Assembly: GCA_028715985.1 (NCBI GenBank)
Contig: JAQUQR010000004.1
Location: forward strand, 73,223-137,222
Reading direction: 5' to 3'
Origin: Methanocellales archaeon
Lineage (GTDB): Archaea; Halobacteriota; UBA148
DNA length: 64,000 nucleotides
Part shown: piece by piece, positions 20,321 through 32,657 of the stretch
Numbering within the stretch: the first letter of the stretch is position 1
How the letters are laid out: the number at the start of each line of letters is the position of its first letter
Position numbers and translations under genes: made by a program
The notes under the pieces: generated by a model
What the model saw: only the letters and a program-made list of their open reading frames with translations
What the model was told of the DNA's origin: nothing
Database searches by the model: none

Positions 20321-20676
20321 AAAACGTGCCCTCCTCAATGCGTGAAAGAAAAAGGTATATAGCGTTCGAGGTTCTGTCAGCTGGAAAAATAGATCGTAGT
20401 GAGCTGATCAATGAACTATGGTCCTCCACATCGTCGCTTCTGGGAGACGTTGGCTCCAACTCATGCAACTTATGGGTGCTCGACTTTGATGGGAGGAGAG
20501 GCATCCTGAGATGTGCTCATGATAGGACTGCCATGGTAAGGGCAGCACTTGCGACAATCAATCGTGTTCATGGGACAAGAGTGGGAATTCGCGTCCTAGG
20601 AACCTCAGGAACAGTGAAAAGCGTAACAGAAAAGTTTATGCGACAAGTGGACCATTCTAAAGACACCATAAATTGA
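20317..20676 (+). CDS. rnp2: RNase P protein component 2 (Pop5)
   Basis: It has the KRYIAFEV motif and is 119 aa. Its start overlaps the upstream stop in an ATGA overlap. Confidence 0.75.
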   Translation: MKNVPSSMRERKRYIAFEVLSAGKIDRSELINELWSSTSSLLGDVGSNSCNLWVLDFDGRRGILRCAHDRTAMVRAALATINRVHGTRVGIRVLGTSGTVKSVTEKFMRQVDHSKDTIN

Positions 20677-20747
20677 TCTAATATGTGGTAAAACTATTTA
20701 TGGAAAGTTGATGTATGATGGTAGGTATTTATGAAAGGTGATGCATT

Positions 20748-21488
20748 ATGATGGGGCCAGTACAAATGGCTTATGATAGGGCTATAACGGTTTTCAGTCC
20801 GGATGGGCGATTGTTCCAAGTGGAATATGCAAGGGAAGCTGTGAAAAGAGGAACAACTGCGGTCGGTATAAAGGCAAAAGACGGAGTTGTCCTCCTAGTG
20901 GATAAAAGAATTACCAGCAGGCTGCTTGAGCCGCCATCTGTAGAGAAGATATTTCAGATAGATGATCACATAGGTGCGGCTGCATCTGGTCTGGTGGCAG
21001 ACGCCAGGATACTGATCGACAGAGGGCGTGTAGAGGCTCAGATAAACCGGGTGGTTTATAATGAGTCCATTGGTGTGGAGACTCTGGCCAAGAAGATTTG
21101 TGACCATATGCAATCTTACACTCAGTTTGGTGGCGTCAGACCATATGGAACCGCAATGCTCATAGCGGGCATCAATGGCGATTCCATCTCCCTTTTCGAG
21201 ACGGATCCATCTGGCACATTACTGGAGTACAAGGCGACTGGTATAGGGGATGGGAGGAACACTGCCATAGAGGTTTTCGAGGAGCAATATAAGGACGATC
21301 TTGACCTTGATGAGGCCATACTACTAGGGCTTGAAGCCTTATACAAGGCGACAGAAGGAAAAATCGATGCGCAGACGGTAGAAGTCGGTATCATCGAATC
21401 CGAGATTAGGCTGTTCAAAAAATTGGCGCCAGAAGAGGTTAAGGTTTACGTCCAGCAAATTCTCGACCGTCACGTTTCTAAAAAATAG
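20748..21488 (+). CDS. psmA: Proteasome subunit alpha
   Basis: It has [34 protein letters not shown]. Confidence 0.92.
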   Translation: MMGPVQMAYDRAITVFSPDGRLFQVEYAREAVKRGTTAVGIKAKDGVVLLVDKRITSRLLEPPSVEKIFQIDDHIGAAASGLVADARILIDRGRVEAQINRVVYNESIGVETLAKKICDHMQSYTQFGGVRPYGTAMLIAGINGDSISLFETDPSGTLLEYKATGIGDGRNTAIEVFEEQYKDDLDLDEAILLGLEALYKATEGKIDAQTVEVGIIESEIRLFKKLAPEEVKVYVQQILDRHVSKK

Positions 21489-21497
21489 GCGGTTTTA

Positions 21498-22199
21498 ATG
21501 GTCACCCTTGATGAAGCCGTAGTTGCTAGATATAAAACTCATGGATTACATTTCGAAATTTTAGTCGATCCAGAGGCAGCATTGGCGTTGAAAAGAGGCG
21601 AAGACGTGAATATCGAGAAAATATTGGCTGTAGAAGATATATTTGAGGATGCATCAGCTGGGGATCGAGTTGCAGATGATAAGCTTATGACAGTCTTCGG
21701 GACGACCGAGGTGTACGCGATCTCCAAGGAGATAATATCTCATGGGGAGATCCAGCTCACATCTGAGCAAAGGAGAAGGATGCAAGAAAATAAACGCAAG
21801 CGGGTGATAGATATAATAACGAGGAACGCATTTAACCCGCAAACGCGCGCTCCGCATCCCCCCTCCAGAATAGAAAAAGCTATGGAGGAGGCAGGCATCC
21901 ATATCGATCCCTTCAAGAGCGACGATGAAATGGTCAACGAGGTTATGAAAAAAATCAGGCCGATAATACCCATTCGTTTCGATGAGGTGAATATAGCGGT
22001 CAAGATTCCTGCTGAATATGCTGGCAAATCCTATGGTGCAGTCCAGGGCTTTGGACAATTGGTGAAGGAAGAATGGCAAAGTGACGGGTCGTGGGTAGCT
22101 ATAATAAAAATTCCCGCCGGCATACAGGGTGAGTTCTACGACTTGGTGAACAATCTCACAAAGGGTAATGCCGAGACCAAATTGATGAGGCAAGCATGA
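21498..22199 (+). CDS. SBDS-family ribosome maturation protein (Sdo1)
   Basis: It has the N-terminal FYSH-like domain ARYKTHGLHFEILVDPEAALALKRGE. Its position in the exosome superoperon fits. Confidence 0.8.
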   Translation: MVTLDEAVVARYKTHGLHFEILVDPEAALALKRGEDVNIEKILAVEDIFEDASAGDRVADDKLMTVFGTTEVYAISKEIISHGEIQLTSEQRRRMQENKRKRVIDIITRNAFNPQTRAPHPPSRIEKAMEEAGIHIDPFKSDDEMVNEVMKKIRPIIPIRFDEVNIAVKIPAEYAGKSYGAVQGFGQLVKEEWQSDGSWVAIIKIPAGIQGEFYDLVNNLTKGNAETKLMRQA

Positions 22200-22864
22200 A
22201 ACTGGTTATTCCCGGTGACTTACTTTCTGATGATGTCAAGCGGGCAGGGGAGGGCACATATGTTGCAGGTGGAGAGGTACATGCATCGGTATATGGAATC
22301 TTAGATCAAAAAGAGCTCAGGGTTATTCCCCTATCTGGAAAGTATATGCCACATACTGGCGATAATGTGATCGGAAAAGTGGTTGACATCAGCTTTTCAA
22401 ACTGGGTCGTCGACATCAATTCGCCTTATGAAGCGCTTCTGCACATATCAGAGCATCCGGATCGCATATATCCGTTTGATATGGGTCAGCATCTTGATAT
22501 AGGTGATTTGTTCATTGCAAAGGTAAAAGATGTAGATGCTACCATGAGGGTAGACCTCACGGTGGAAACGTTCAATCCACTACGAAGTGGTAGGATAATC
22601 CAGATCTCTCATACCCGGATACCTCGGGTGATAGGGCGAGGGGGCTCCATGATTAATTTGCTGAAAAAGGAGCTGGATTGTAACATATTTATCGGTCAAA
22701 ACGGTCGTATTTGGGTCAATGGTAAAGAGGATGATATGGATCTAGCTATCCAGACTTTGTTAAAAATAGAGCGAGAATCGCATACGGCTGGACTAACAGA
22801 TATAGTTAGGGATATGATAAAAACAGCGAAAAGAGAAAGGAAGGAAGGGAGAAATAGAGTATGA
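22196..22864 (+). CDS. rrp4: Exosome complex RNA-binding subunit Rrp4 (S1 + KH)
   Basis: It has S1 and KH motifs ([14 protein letters not shown]). It overlaps the SBDS stop in an ATGA overlap. Confidence 0.85.
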   Translation: MKLVIPGDLLSDDVKRAGEGTYVAGGEVHASVYGILDQKELRVIPLSGKYMPHTGDNVIGKVVDISFSNWVVDINSPYEALLHISEHPDRIYPFDMGQHLDIGDLFIAKVKDVDATMRVDLTVETFNPLRSGRIIQISHTRIPRVIGRGGSMINLLKKELDCNIFIGQNGRIWVNGKEDDMDLAIQTLLKIERESHTAGLTDIVRDMIKTAKRERKEGRNRV

Positions 22865-23583
22865 GTGATAAGCCCAACAAACTTATAGAAAACGGAAAAA
22901 GGCTCGATGGAAGAAAGGTAGACGAGCTTAGGCCTATCAGGATGGAGGTAGGCGTTCTAAAGCGAGCGGATGGCTCTTGTTATATGGAACTTGGCGGAAA
23001 TAAGGTAATTGCCGCAGTATATGGACCTAGGGCAGTTCATCCACGCCATCTTCAGGAAGCCACTCAGGTGATCCTTCGCTATCGATACGATATGGCATCT
23101 TTCTCTGTGAAAGAGAGGAAAAGGCCTGGACCAGACAGAAGGTCGATAGAAATATCTAAGGTGAGCAGAGAAGCCCTAGCACCTGTAATCCTAAAAGAAT
23201 ATTTCCCTAGGTCAGTCATAGACATCTTTGTGGAAATACTGCAAGCGGATGCAGGTACGCGGACAGCTGGAATCAATGCCTCATCAGTTGCATTGGCAGA
23301 TGCGGGCATTCCCATGCGAGGTATCGTATCTTCATGCGCTGTCGGGAAAGTGGACGGAGAGATCGTTCTAGATTTGACAGGTGCAGAGGACAATTATGGG
23401 GAAGCAGATATGCCGATTGCGATGACACAGGACGGTAAGGTCACTCTATTGCAAATGGATGGTCACTTGACCAAAGAAGAATTTACAAGGGCAATTGAGC
23501 TGGCTAAAAAAGGCTGCAAAGAGATATATGAAGTGCAGCGAAGTGCACTGATCTCAAAATACGAAGGTGTTAATAATGTCTGA
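22861..23583 (+). CDS. rrp41: Exosome complex exonuclease Rrp41 (RNase PH fold)
   Basis: It has RxDGR and RNase PH motifs ([33 protein letters not shown]). Confidence 0.9.
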   Translation: MSDKPNKLIENGKRLDGRKVDELRPIRMEVGVLKRADGSCYMELGGNKVIAAVYGPRAVHPRHLQEATQVILRYRYDMASFSVKERKRPGPDRRSIEISKVSREALAPVILKEYFPRSVIDIFVEILQADAGTRTAGINASSVALADAGIPMRGIVSSCAVGKVDGEIVLDLTGAEDNYGEADMPIAMTQDGKVTLLQMDGHLTKEEFTRAIELAKKGCKEIYEVQRSALISKYEGVNNV

Positions 23584-24394
23584 TGATATCATTGCAGAGA
23601 TTAAGAGGGATTATATTTACAATCTTGCCAAGAAGGGCAAGCGAGTGGATGGGAGAGCCTTTGACGAATATCGCCAAATAGGGGTTGAGACTAGGATTAT
23701 AGATAATGCAGAAGGCTCAGCAAAAGTCAAAATAGGGAATACCCAGGTCGTCGTGGGCGTAAAGATACAGCCTGGCAAACCTTTCCCGGATACACCCGAT
23801 CAAGGTGCAATCATCACGAATGCTGAGTTCGCTCCGATCGCATCGCCCTCCTTCGAGCCAGGTCCTCCGGATGAGAACGCTACGGAATTAGCAAGAGTTG
23901 TGGATCGTGGTGTGAGAGAATCAGGGGCGATAGATTTGACAAAGCTGTGCATTACTGAGGGCGAGGATATTTGGACGGTCTTCATTGATGTCTACGTGCT
24001 TGACCATGATGGAAATCTTATGGATGCATCAGCATTGGGTGCCATTGCTGCTTTGTTAAATACAAAACTTCCAAATGTGAGGTACGGGTTAGGTGAGGAA
24101 GATGTTCCGTTACCAATAAATGATCTTCCAGTCGCTATCACAGCTGCGGATATAGATGGGGAAATCATACTCGACCCGAGTTTGGATGAAGAATTAATCG
24201 CATCCACTCTGATCACGATCATAACAGGCAAGGACGGCTCCTTAGCTGGAATACAAAAAAGCGGAATGGGACCTCTAACATTTGATCAGATCTTTCATAT
24301 TACAGATCTTGTGTATAAAAAGGCAAAAGATATAAGGGAGAAATACTTGGAGATAGTTGATGACCAGAGCCGGGAAGAAGGGAAAAAAGACTAG
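23576..24394 (+). CDS. rrp42: Exosome complex subunit Rrp42
   Basis: It has an RNase PH-like fold. The ORF track starts at a GTG at 23567. ATG 23576 (MSDDII) is the more likely start. Confidence 0.85.
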   Translation: MSDDIIAEIKRDYIYNLAKKGKRVDGRAFDEYRQIGVETRIIDNAEGSAKVKIGNTQVVVGVKIQPGKPFPDTPDQGAIITNAEFAPIASPSFEPGPPDENATELARVVDRGVRESGAIDLTKLCITEGEDIWTVFIDVYVLDHDGNLMDASALGAIAALLNTKLPNVRYGLGEEDVPLPINDLPVAITAADIDGEIILDPSLDEELIASTLITIITGKDGSLAGIQKSGMGPLTFDQIFHITDLVYKKAKDIREKYLEIVDDQSREEGKKD

Positions 24395-24641
24395 ATCTGC
24401 AGGGCGTTTTGGGCCTCGATATGGGCGAAAAGTTAGGAAAATGGTAGCAGATATTGAGGATATCATGCATTCCGCGCATGAATGTCCACAATGCGGTAGA
24501 AAATCCGTATCTCGGGTTAGCACTGGCATTTGGTCTTGTTCGAAATGCAAAAAAACATTTGCTGGAGGCACCTATGCTCCTCAAACGCCTATGGGGAAAT
24601 CCATAAACAGGTCCCTGGCAAAAGTTGAAGAAGAGGCGTAA
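24357..24641 (+). CDS. rpl37ae: Ribosomal protein L37ae
   Basis: It has a CPQCG...CSKC zinc ribbon and the basic N-terminus [18 protein letters not shown]. Confidence 0.9.
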   Translation: MMTRAGKKGKKTRSAGRFGPRYGRKVRKMVADIEDIMHSAHECPQCGRKSVSRVSTGIWSCSKCKKTFAGGTYAPQTPMGKSINRSLAKVEEEA

Positions 24642-24644
24642 CCG

Positions 24645-24782
24645 GTGTCCTACAAATGCGCTAGATGCAAGCGGGAGGTAGAAGTTGACCAGGAGTATGG
24701 CGGAATTAGGTGCCCCTATTGTGGACATCGGGTGCTTTTAAAAGAGCGCCCCACAGTAATCAAGCGAGTTAAAGCTAGATGA
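24645..24782 (+). CDS. rpoP: DNA-directed RNA polymerase subunit P (RpoP/Rpb12), 45 aa; not in the supplied ORF track because it is under 60 aa
   Basis: A GTG start 4 nt after the L37ae stop gives [45 protein letters not shown]. It has a CxxC...CxxC zinc ribbon. Its position between L37ae and Pcc1 is the conserved one. Confidence 0.7.
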   Translation: MSYKCARCKREVEVDQEYGGIRCPYCGHRVLLKERPTVIKRVKAR

Positions 24783-24783
24783 T

Positions 24784-25020
24784 ATGACGACATATAGCGA
24801 GTTCGAGATTGAATTAAGGGAACATGCAGACATCATCTATAACTCGCTGCTTCCTGAGCTAAGAAATATACCTTCGCAGAGATCCAATATCAGTTTGGCT
24901 CTTGAGGGAGATACGATCAAGCTTCGGGCAGAAGCAGAAGATATAGTCTCTCTTAGAGCTTTACTGAATACATGGTTAAGGTTTATTAAGGTCGCATATG
25001 ATATGGTTGTGATAAAATGA
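24784..25020 (+). CDS. pcc1: KEOPS complex subunit Pcc1-like
   Basis: It is 78 aa. SLLPELRN...SLRALLNTWLRFIKVA matches the Pcc1 pattern. It lies next to prefoldin beta. Confidence 0.6.
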   Translation: MTTYSEFEIELREHADIIYNSLLPELRNIPSQRSNISLALEGDTIKLRAEAEDIVSLRALLNTWLRFIKVAYDMVVIK

Positions 25021-25382
25021 GTACTGAATTACCTCCACAGGTCCAACATCAATTGGCACAATTGCAACAAGCACAGCAGCAAGCTCAGGCTATGTTTGGG
25101 CAGAAAACCCAGGTAGAGATGATGCTTCGCGATACAGAGCGGGCGTTAGAGGAGCTGGAGAAGTTGGACGACAAGGCAGCGATCTATAAAATCGTCGGCG
25201 AACTGCTCATTAAATCGGAAAAAAGTGCAACTCAAGTGGAGTTGGCAGAGAAAAAAGAGACCCTTGATCTAAGGCTAAAAACTCTGGAAAGACAAGAGAA
25301 GCGAATTCAAAAGAGACTTCAAGAACTACAGGAGCAGCTGCTACCCTTGTTGCGCAAAGAAGGCGAGAAGAGGGCAGGTTGA
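25017..25382 (+). CDS. pfdB: Prefoldin subunit beta
   Basis: It is a 121-aa coiled-coil protein. Its superoperon position fits. Confidence 0.8.
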   Translation: MSTELPPQVQHQLAQLQQAQQQAQAMFGQKTQVEMMLRDTERALEELEKLDDKAAIYKIVGELLIKSEKSATQVELAEKKETLDLRLKTLERQEKRIQKRLQELQEQLLPLLRKEGEKRAG

Positions 25383-25577
25383 GGATTGATCATATTTATT
25401 ATTTAATCCCTAATCGAAACCGTTCTTGATAAAAATTGATAACTGTACTGTATGGATCATACCTTGGGTTTTTGCGGTGCGATAATGGGCTGAAAAAGCC
25501 TGCGGGCAATATCACCAATCAACAAACAAATGAAATGCAATTGAGAACTGTAAAAAATTCTGAGCCCAGTCTAACGG

Positions 25578-27098
25578 TCATCCTTTCTTTATCATCAGCC
25601 TATTTATGGCGCTTACCAATGCCTCAACCGAAGCCATTACGATATCTTCTCTGGCGGCTCTTGCGGTCACAATATTGCCTTTTTTATCCTCCACTCCGAT
25701 GATCACCTCTGCCAGTGCATCAGATCCGCCGGTTATTGCCTCTATCCTAAAGTCTCGCAGCTTTATGCTTGCATCCTCACCCAAGATCGTCTGCACCGCG
25801 CAAAGAGCGGCATCTACCGGTCCGACTCCAGTTTGGGCGCCAATCTTTGGTTTCCCATTAACGACTGCTTTTATGGATGCCGTTGGTGTGATCTTGTTTC
25901 CTGTCATGACCGAGACCTCTTCTAACACTATTGCCTGCTCTCCTTTTGCGACCTCACCCATGATTACCTCCGCAATGGTATACAGGTCCGCATCTGTCAC
26001 CCTCTTTCCTTTGTCGCCGAGGTCCTTAATTCGTTGCATTATCTCTGCTAGTTGGCCATCTGTCGGATTTAGCCCCGCACTGGTTAGCATTTGTTTTACG
26101 GCATGTTTGCCAGCGTGTTTGCCTGCCACTATTCGGCGCACATGTCCAACCATCTCGGGCGTCATAACACCTGGCTCAAAGGTATCGGCTCTCATCAAAA
26201 CGCCATGTGTATGTATCCCAGATTCATGGGAAAATGCATTATCCCCAACGATGGGCGTATTTGGAGGAACTTGAATTCCCGACAGCCTTTCTACCAATCG
26301 TGATGTTTCCACCAAGTATTTCGTTTGAATGTTCGTTCTCAATTTATAAATCGAGTGCAAGCTCATTACAGTCTCAGCAAGGTCTGCATTTCCTGCTCTC
26401 TCTCCCAGACTGTTTACGGATGTCTGTACCTGACGAGCACCCGCCTCTACCGCCGCTAGGGAATTCGCTACAGCCAGCCCGAAATCGTTATGACAATGTA
26501 CATCGATGGGAACTTTCACGGTGTTATAGACCTTTTCGATCAACTCTTTCATGGCTGAAGGATATGTTATGCCAACGGTATCTGGAACGTTGATAGTATC
26601 AGCTCCCGCCTTTTCGACTTCTTTGTAGACCCTGAGCAAGTAGTCAGTGTTCGTTCGAGTGGCATCCATCGCCGAGAAAAGACACTCTACCCCATGCTCT
26701 TTGATGTATTCTACCGCCTCTACGGCCAGTTGCAATACTTCTTCTTTGCTTTTCTCTATCGTATACTGAATCTGAATATCAGAGGTTGGGATGAAGGTGT
26801 GTACTATGTCCACATTGCAATCAAGGCATGCATCGATATCGGGTTTATTTACCCTCGCTAATCCGCATATCTTGGCATGCAATCCAGCACTTACGACACT
26901 CTCCACAGACTTCTTTTCACCCTTTGATGAAATGGGAAACCCCGCCTCTATTATGTCAACGCCTAATTTGTCTAGTTGGCGAGCTATGAGGAGTTTATCC
27001 TCGGTTTTTAATGAAACTCCTGGCGTTTGCTCTCCATCCCTAAGTGTAGTGTCAAAGATCTGGATGTGTTTGTGCATGTGCATCATGTATATCATCAA
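25578..27098 (-). CDS. 2-isopropylmalate synthase / (R)-citramalate synthase family (LeuA/CimA) with a C-terminal regulatory domain
   Basis: It has [17 protein letters not shown] and [21 protein letters not shown] (HMGL-like TIM barrel), and is 506 aa. Confidence 0.85.
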   Translation of the reverse strand: MMIYMMHMHKHIQIFDTTLRDGEQTPGVSLKTEDKLLIARQLDKLGVDIIEAGFPISSKGEKKSVESVVSAGLHAKICGLARVNKPDIDACLDCNVDIVHTFIPTSDIQIQYTIEKSKEEVLQLAVEAVEYIKEHGVECLFSAMDATRTNTDYLLRVYKEVEKAGADTINVPDTVGITYPSAMKELIEKVYNTVKVPIDVHCHNDFGLAVANSLAAVEAGARQVQTSVNSLGERAGNADLAETVMSLHSIYKLRTNIQTKYLVETSRLVERLSGIQVPPNTPIVGDNAFSHESGIHTHGVLMRADTFEPGVMTPEMVGHVRRIVAGKHAGKHAVKQMLTSAGLNPTDGQLAEIMQRIKDLGDKGKRVTDADLYTIAEVIMGEVAKGEQAIVLEEVSVMTGNKITPTASIKAVVNGKPKIGAQTGVGPVDAALCAVQTILGEDASIKLRDFRIEAITGGSDALAEVIIGVEDKKGNIVTARAAREDIVMASVEALVSAINRLMIKKG

Positions 27099-27172
27099 TT
27101 GGATTGATATAGTTTATAAATTTGTGGATTAAAAATATGGTCGTTGGCCTAAATACATCGGGGCTGGAGGAG

Positions 27173-27580
27173 ATGAAAAAAATTTTAATCGCATATGACG
27201 GATCTGAGGATTCGAAGAGGGCCCTTGATTGGGCAGTGGAATTGGCAAAATGTACCGAGTCCAGCATCACCATTCTGACGGTAGTGCCCTCTGCTATGAG
27301 AATGTTTGCTTTTGCTGATATAGTCACCCCAGGTACTTTTAAGAGTCAAGCGCTAAACATGGTGCAGGAGGCAGCGAAGCGCATTCAAGGCATTCCAGTC
27401 ACATGCATTCTACGAGAGGGCGACATAGCGGACGAAATTCTGAGGACATCTGAAGATTTAGGATGCGACTTAATCGTTATGGGTCGCAGGGGACTTGGCA
27501 AAATAGACCGATTCTTGCTGGGTAGTGTCGCCGAAAAGGTTGTCAAGCACTCCTCAAAAACGGTCTTAATGGTGAGGTGA
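27173..27580 (+). CDS. Universal stress protein (UspA family)
   Basis: It has MKKILIAYDGSEDSKRALDWA...IVMGRRGLGKIDRFLLGSVAEKVVKHS. The start is taken at the internal Met of the 27122 ORF. Confidence 0.8.
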   Translation: MKKILIAYDGSEDSKRALDWAVELAKCTESSITILTVVPSAMRMFAFADIVTPGTFKSQALNMVQEAAKRIQGIPVTCILREGDIADEILRTSEDLGCDLIVMGRRGLGKIDRFLLGSVAEKVVKHSSKTVLMVR

Positions 27581-27632
27581 CTCATATCGCAATCCTTATT
27601 GTTTGAGACGAATGATAAAATGAGGAGTTATC

Positions 27633-28559
27633 GTGGTTTTACCAGACATACAAGCAAATAGGCCAGAAGTCTTAATAAACCTAACAAGGGTAGGCGTTAC
27701 AGGAGTTAAAAAACTTGTAGAAGTCGCTCGAAAAGAAAAGAGATCGATCATCCTCCTCTCAACGTTTGACATCTTCGTTGATTTGCCGCCTGATAGGAAG
27801 GGCGCCAATTTATCACGCAACTTTGAGGCGATCGATGAGGTGCTCGAGGAGGCAACTTCCTCGCCAGTCTACGATACAGAAGAACTCTGTGTTGTAATTG
27901 CACGGAATCTTTTAAATCGGCATGAATATGCTTCTCGGGCAGAGATAAAGATGCGCAGTGAATATATAGTGAAACGAAAGACACCTGCTACAAATGTTAG
28001 GTGCCAAGAGGTCGTAGACATTTTTGCAGGGGCCATTGCTACTAGATCGGACAGGAAGATCAGAAAGACCGTCGGCGTGGAAGTGGTTGGTATGACCACA
28101 TGCCCTTGCGTGCAGGAAATCATGCGTGAGAAGGCCCGAGATGAGATGGAGAAGTTGGGCATTCCCCCTGAGAAAATCGAATCCTTCCTCGATAAAGTGC
28201 CCATGGCCACCCATAACCAGCGAGGGCGCGGGTTTATTTCCATTGAAGTACACGATAGTTATGAAGTTCGGCTTGAGAGACTGATGGACATTATCGAGAG
28301 TTCGATGAGCTCTCAAATCTACGAATTGCTGAAAAGATCGGATGAAACCTTCATAGTAGAGACCGCGCACAGAAATCCAAGATTTGTGGAGGATTGCGTG
28401 AGAATCATGGCACAAAAGATCGTTCAAGAATTCAAGGATTTGCCAGATGACTCCCTTGTGACCATCAGACAGACGAACGAGGAAAGCATCCATCAACACA
28501 ATGCGTTCGCAGAGAGGATTGCCACGTTGAAAGAGCTTAGATACGAGCTTTCTGTTTAA
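27633..28559 (+). CDS. mptA: GTP cyclohydrolase MptA (FolE2 family)
   Basis: It is about 308 aa with the conserved FolE2/MptA layout, including [19 protein letters not shown]. Confidence 0.75.
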   Translation: MVLPDIQANRPEVLINLTRVGVTGVKKLVEVARKEKRSIILLSTFDIFVDLPPDRKGANLSRNFEAIDEVLEEATSSPVYDTEELCVVIARNLLNRHEYASRAEIKMRSEYIVKRKTPATNVRCQEVVDIFAGAIATRSDRKIRKTVGVEVVGMTTCPCVQEIMREKARDEMEKLGIPPEKIESFLDKVPMATHNQRGRGFISIEVHDSYEVRLERLMDIIESSMSSQIYELLKRSDETFIVETAHRNPRFVEDCVRIMAQKIVQEFKDLPDDSLVTIRQTNEESIHQHNAFAERIATLKELRYELSV

Positions 28560-31348
28560 TCGTGCCAGAACCTCTTGGTTTTAGTGTATTCTCTTTCTGC
28601 CATCAGAATCTCTCTGTAAAAATCTTCCTCATCCCTTAATCTGCGGATCACCCTAGATGCGCTCTTGGGTCCGAGCCCCCTGCTTGCTAATGCAATGACC
28701 GCAGTTTTTCCATGGGATAGGACGAGATTTGCATTCCCATACACTCTCTGGACCCGTTTTTTATCCTCTTCGGATCTAAGTTTATCAGGGCGCTTGGTGA
28801 TTTTTATTTCTTCTTTCTCCCAAGGTTTTAGTGCAGCTATCATCCTTGAGTTACAGAGTGGGCATTCCGGCCTTTCAGGTACTTGTTTGACCTTACGTTG
28901 AGAAAGCCATTTTTTACAGTTTACGCAGAAAAGTATGATCCTATCGTTCATGATCCGCTCCTTTAGCGCAAGTAAAATCGATCCATCCGCTTTTTCAGGA
29001 GCTATCAGTTCCTTGCTGGATTCTCGGCCTGCAAGTCCAATCGGGCTAACTCCAGATGTAACAAGCTCAATCTCTCCAGAAAGCATTTTTTCTAGGACAC
29101 CCTCTGTCTTGGGAATGTTTAATTTGTCTAGGAAGATCTCCCTCATCGTTGCATCATATAGGGGGGTGTCAGTGAAAACATCAAGCAGTTTGTCGTCAAC
29201 GAACCGGTAATCTGTATCGCGGCTAAAAACTCCGAATTTTCTTGCGACATGGACCATCTTCCACTTGAAAAGCGCGGTGCTCTTAAGTGTCATTTCGATG
29301 ATTGGCTCGATATACTCTGGCTTTATGTCCAGTATCAGCTCCTTTATCTGTCCTGCGGAAAGTTTTCTTGGCAACTCGAGTTCAATTCTGTAGGGATCGA
29401 TTTCCATTGCCACGCTGCTGCCAAAGCGTGCGGTTAGCAATGAGACGATCACTCGCCCCAGCGTCTCGTTCACCTTATGCCCAAAACAGGCGTTTATTAT
29501 TATCGTTCTGTTTTCACATTCGATGACAGCACAACTATCCGTCGGAATCGGGTAGTTGCCCTCGGTTTGTTCTTGGACGAGTTTTATCAGCTTTTTGGCA
29601 GTGCTGGCATCAGTGGGATAAGTCTTCATGAGTTCCTCGGCTGCATCCTCTTTCTTTTCTAGCATTGAAGCCACTCTAGCTCGGATGCGTCCAACCTCTT
29701 GCGCCACCTCATAAGGGACGGGAATTTCCTCTCCGATCCAAGAAGGAATTTCTCCGCTTGGGTCTTCAACTGGCTCCACTTTTATCTGATCTTCAGCCAT
29801 CTCAACTACCCGCCACATATCCCCCTTCGTGATGAAGGTCGCTCCAGGAGATGCGAAGTTGACCACAAATGCCTCATCCAAGGTCCCAATAAAGCGCCCA
29901 CCGATGACGTCATATATGTCATAGTTCTTCTTGTCAGGGATCATGGATAAGTTCTCATAGAAGTACTGCCTTGTTCTGCGATTTTGCCCTAGGGTATTTT
30001 CATCAAACCAGATGATTCGTTGCTCTTTTAACTGCTGGATGATTTGAAGCAATAATTCATGTGTGATTTTCCTGAAAGGATAGGACCTACGTATTATGGA
30101 GAAAATTTTTTCAAGGGAGACATGCCCAAATTGAAGAGCCATTCCGCAAATCTGGTTTGCGAGCGTATCGCCTGCATCGTGTAGTTCTATCGATTCGATT
30201 TCATCTTCATAAGCTCTGCGTACTATGGCCCATGCTTCTGCAATGTCATCTGGGTTGGTGGCTATGATCGTTCCCTTTGAGGTCTCACCCACCTTATGTC
30301 CCGATCTGCCCACTCTTTGCAATAAGCGAGTCACCTGCTTTGGTGATGCATATTGTATCACCTGATCTACCTTGCCTATGTCGATGCCCAGCTCCATCGA
30401 AGACGTGCATATCAACGCTTTCAGGTCACCCCGCTTAAATGCATCCTCTGCCTCAACTCTCATCTCTTTTGATAGAGAGCTATGGTGCACGCCTATGTTG
30501 GAACCAAGCATACGAAATCTTGATCCAAGTGCTTCTGCAGACTGACGCGTGTTCACGAAGATTAACGTGGATTTATGTTTCTCGATAAGGTCGCTCATGC
30601 AGCTTAGATGGGCCACTATCTCTGGGTCAGTCATCATTCTTTTCGCCTTTTTTATGTCCTCGGGCGATGCACTTGGGATGATGACTTTGAAGTCGAGCAA
30701 TTTTGATATGGACACCTCAACGATTTCTACATCCCTATCCGCCCCTACCAAGAATTTTGCAATCTCCTCCGGCGAGCCAACAGTTGCAGACAGTCCTATT
30801 CTCTGAAATTCTCCTGCAACTTCAACTAGTCGCTCCAATCCGATTGCGAGTTGAGCACCCCGTGGGGAGCTGGCTATTTCATGAACTTCATCCACGACTA
30901 CATAAGAAACATCCGCTAGGTTTTCACGCAGTCTTTTTCCTGTTAGCATCGCTTGTAATGTCTCTGGTGTTGTGATCAGCATGTCCGGGGGATTCGTCGC
31001 TTGTCTCCTTCTTTCATGGTCTAGGGTGTCTCCGTGCCTAACGGCAATATCAATGCCGAACTTAGTGCTCCACCATTCCATTCTCTTGAGCATGTCCCTG
31101 TTCAATGCTCTGAGCGGAGTGATGTATAATGCGGAAATTCCTTTTTTATCTCTCCGGAGAAGATGATGAAAAATTGGTAGCACGGCAGACTCAGTCTTAC
31201 CAGAGCCCGTGGGTGCGATGAGAAGGACGTTTTTACCTCTTAACACTATGGGGATGGCTTTCTCCTGCGGTTCAGTGGGCACTAAAAAATCTCTCTCTCT
31301 GAGTGCTTCTTTAATCCTTGTATCCAGAGGGTCAAATGCTGTCATCAT
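28556..31348 (-). CDS. lhr: Lhr-type ATP-dependent DEAD/DEAH-box helicase (930 aa) with a C-terminal zinc-finger region
   Basis: It has Walker A APTGSGKT, a DEVH box (VVVDEVHE), helicase motif VI (QRVGRSGH) and CVNCKKW...CPLCNS. Confidence 0.8.
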   Translation of the reverse strand: MMTAFDPLDTRIKEALRERDFLVPTEPQEKAIPIVLRGKNVLLIAPTGSGKTESAVLPIFHHLLRRDKKGISALYITPLRALNRDMLKRMEWWSTKFGIDIAVRHGDTLDHERRRQATNPPDMLITTPETLQAMLTGKRLRENLADVSYVVVDEVHEIASSPRGAQLAIGLERLVEVAGEFQRIGLSATVGSPEEIAKFLVGADRDVEIVEVSISKLLDFKVIIPSASPEDIKKAKRMMTDPEIVAHLSCMSDLIEKHKSTLIFVNTRQSAEALGSRFRMLGSNIGVHHSSLSKEMRVEAEDAFKRGDLKALICTSSMELGIDIGKVDQVIQYASPKQVTRLLQRVGRSGHKVGETSKGTIIATNPDDIAEAWAIVRRAYEDEIESIELHDAGDTLANQICGMALQFGHVSLEKIFSIIRRSYPFRKITHELLLQIIQQLKEQRIIWFDENTLGQNRRTRQYFYENLSMIPDKKNYDIYDVIGGRFIGTLDEAFVVNFASPGATFITKGDMWRVVEMAEDQIKVEPVEDPSGEIPSWIGEEIPVPYEVAQEVGRIRARVASMLEKKEDAAEELMKTYPTDASTAKKLIKLVQEQTEGNYPIPTDSCAVIECENRTIIINACFGHKVNETLGRVIVSLLTARFGSSVAMEIDPYRIELELPRKLSAGQIKELILDIKPEYIEPIIEMTLKSTALFKWKMVHVARKFGVFSRDTDYRFVDDKLLDVFTDTPLYDATMREIFLDKLNIPKTEGVLEKMLSGEIELVTSGVSPIGLAGRESSKELIAPEKADGSILLALKERIMNDRIILFCVNCKKWLSQRKVKQVPERPECPLCNSRMIAALKPWEKEEIKITKRPDKLRSEEDKKRVQRVYGNANLVLSHGKTAVIALASRGLGPKSASRVIRRLRDEEDFYREILMAEREYTKTKRFWHD

Positions 31349-31728
31349 GTTATATTGTATTATATTATATTGTTTGCAATGACATCATGATCCTTCTGAT
31401 AAGTAAACTTATTCTTGTCAGCATTGCTATATGGAGACTATATGGGTCATCAATCATTCGAAAGATATTCGCATTAGGCTCAAGGATACGCCCATCTGTT
31501 ATGCTATATCAAAACTGTGAATGGTGCAGTCTGTGAATGCACTCCTTGTGGTACTTTTATAGATAATAGGTGGTTAGAACTTCTTCATCACATTCTAGGG
31601 GCGCCCACATCTTCTTCTCTTCTTTTATTTTTATATCTCATGGATAGTGGCATCCTTCATAATAGTTTTCAATTCAAATGTGGTAGCAGGATCAAGGATC
31701 GCTACAAATATCGATTGTGGACAATCCT

Positions 31729-32469
31729 TTAAACTCTCAGATTTCTGATTTTCCCGATATAGGTTCCATCCAGTAAGTATACCTCCGCACTATCTAGCTT
31801 GATTGCTCCTGAGGTGGACATCGGTCCCACTAAATCCTCATGTGAAGCCTCGTTAAAGGGTATTCCGCCGCAAAGTTCATTAAATGCAGGCATTATCGTC
31901 AAGCATCGTGAGATATTTTTATCGGCTTTCATGGAGTAGTGTTTTCTTATTACATTCTCATCAAAATTCACCCTAATCCATGCTGGTACGACTTTCCTGT
32001 AGCCCAGTCGGTCTGTAAACCGCACTGAAGGATGATTGTGCGCCATCACAACGTGTTTTGCGGATAGAATTTTGGCATATGGCCAAGCATGCCCATGAAA
32101 ATACCCTATGTCATCCCTAAGAAGACCTCTTGAGCTATGGAGTGTGATACCAGCGCCCTTAGGGATCAAAAAGCCCAGATCTCCATCATGGTTTCCTGGA
32201 ACTATGTCTATTGGTGCGCGTTTTGCCAATTCCCCCAAGAATCTGGGGATATCGCCCCGCTCTTGATATGAAATCAGGGGGATATTGTGCTTTACATCTC
32301 CGAGCAAGAGTAACCTATCTGGGCCCGTTTTTTCAATATAATCGATTATCTTAGCCAGTTGTTTCTGTGTTTGGCTGGGAATTTTGATTCCACTTTTATA
32401 GAGCTCATGCTCTATCCCGATGTGAAGGTCTGCAATTACCAATGTTTTAATTTCATTTTTCACGACCAA
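31729..32469 (-). CDS. Calcineurin-like metallophosphoesterase (MPE-type nuclease candidate), same strand and upstream of lhr
   Basis: It has LVIADLHIGIEHE, LLLGDVKHN, GNHDGD and GHAHP motifs. Confidence 0.75.
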   Translation of the reverse strand: MVVKNEIKTLVIADLHIGIEHELYKSGIKIPSQTQKQLAKIIDYIEKTGPDRLLLLGDVKHNIPLISYQERGDIPRFLGELAKRAPIDIVPGNHDGDLGFLIPKGAGITLHSSRGLLRDDIGYFHGHAWPYAKILSAKHVVMAHNHPSVRFTDRLGYRKVVPAWIRVNFDENVIRKHYSMKADKNISRCLTIMPAFNELCGGIPFNEASHEDLVGPMSTSGAIKLDSAEVYLLDGTYIGKIRNLRV

Positions 32470-32657
32470 TACGGGCGCATCTAGAAGAGGCTCTATGCTA
32501 ATGCTCTCTTCAAAGCACTTTGGGCTCGTAGTACCACTTCTCCATCACAACATCTCACAGCATACAGCGCGATGATTATCAATCGTCTCAATTCTTTCAG
32601 GAAACATTCCAGAACACCAGCATATTAATGATTCAAAAGCAATAAAAAGTCATTGGA

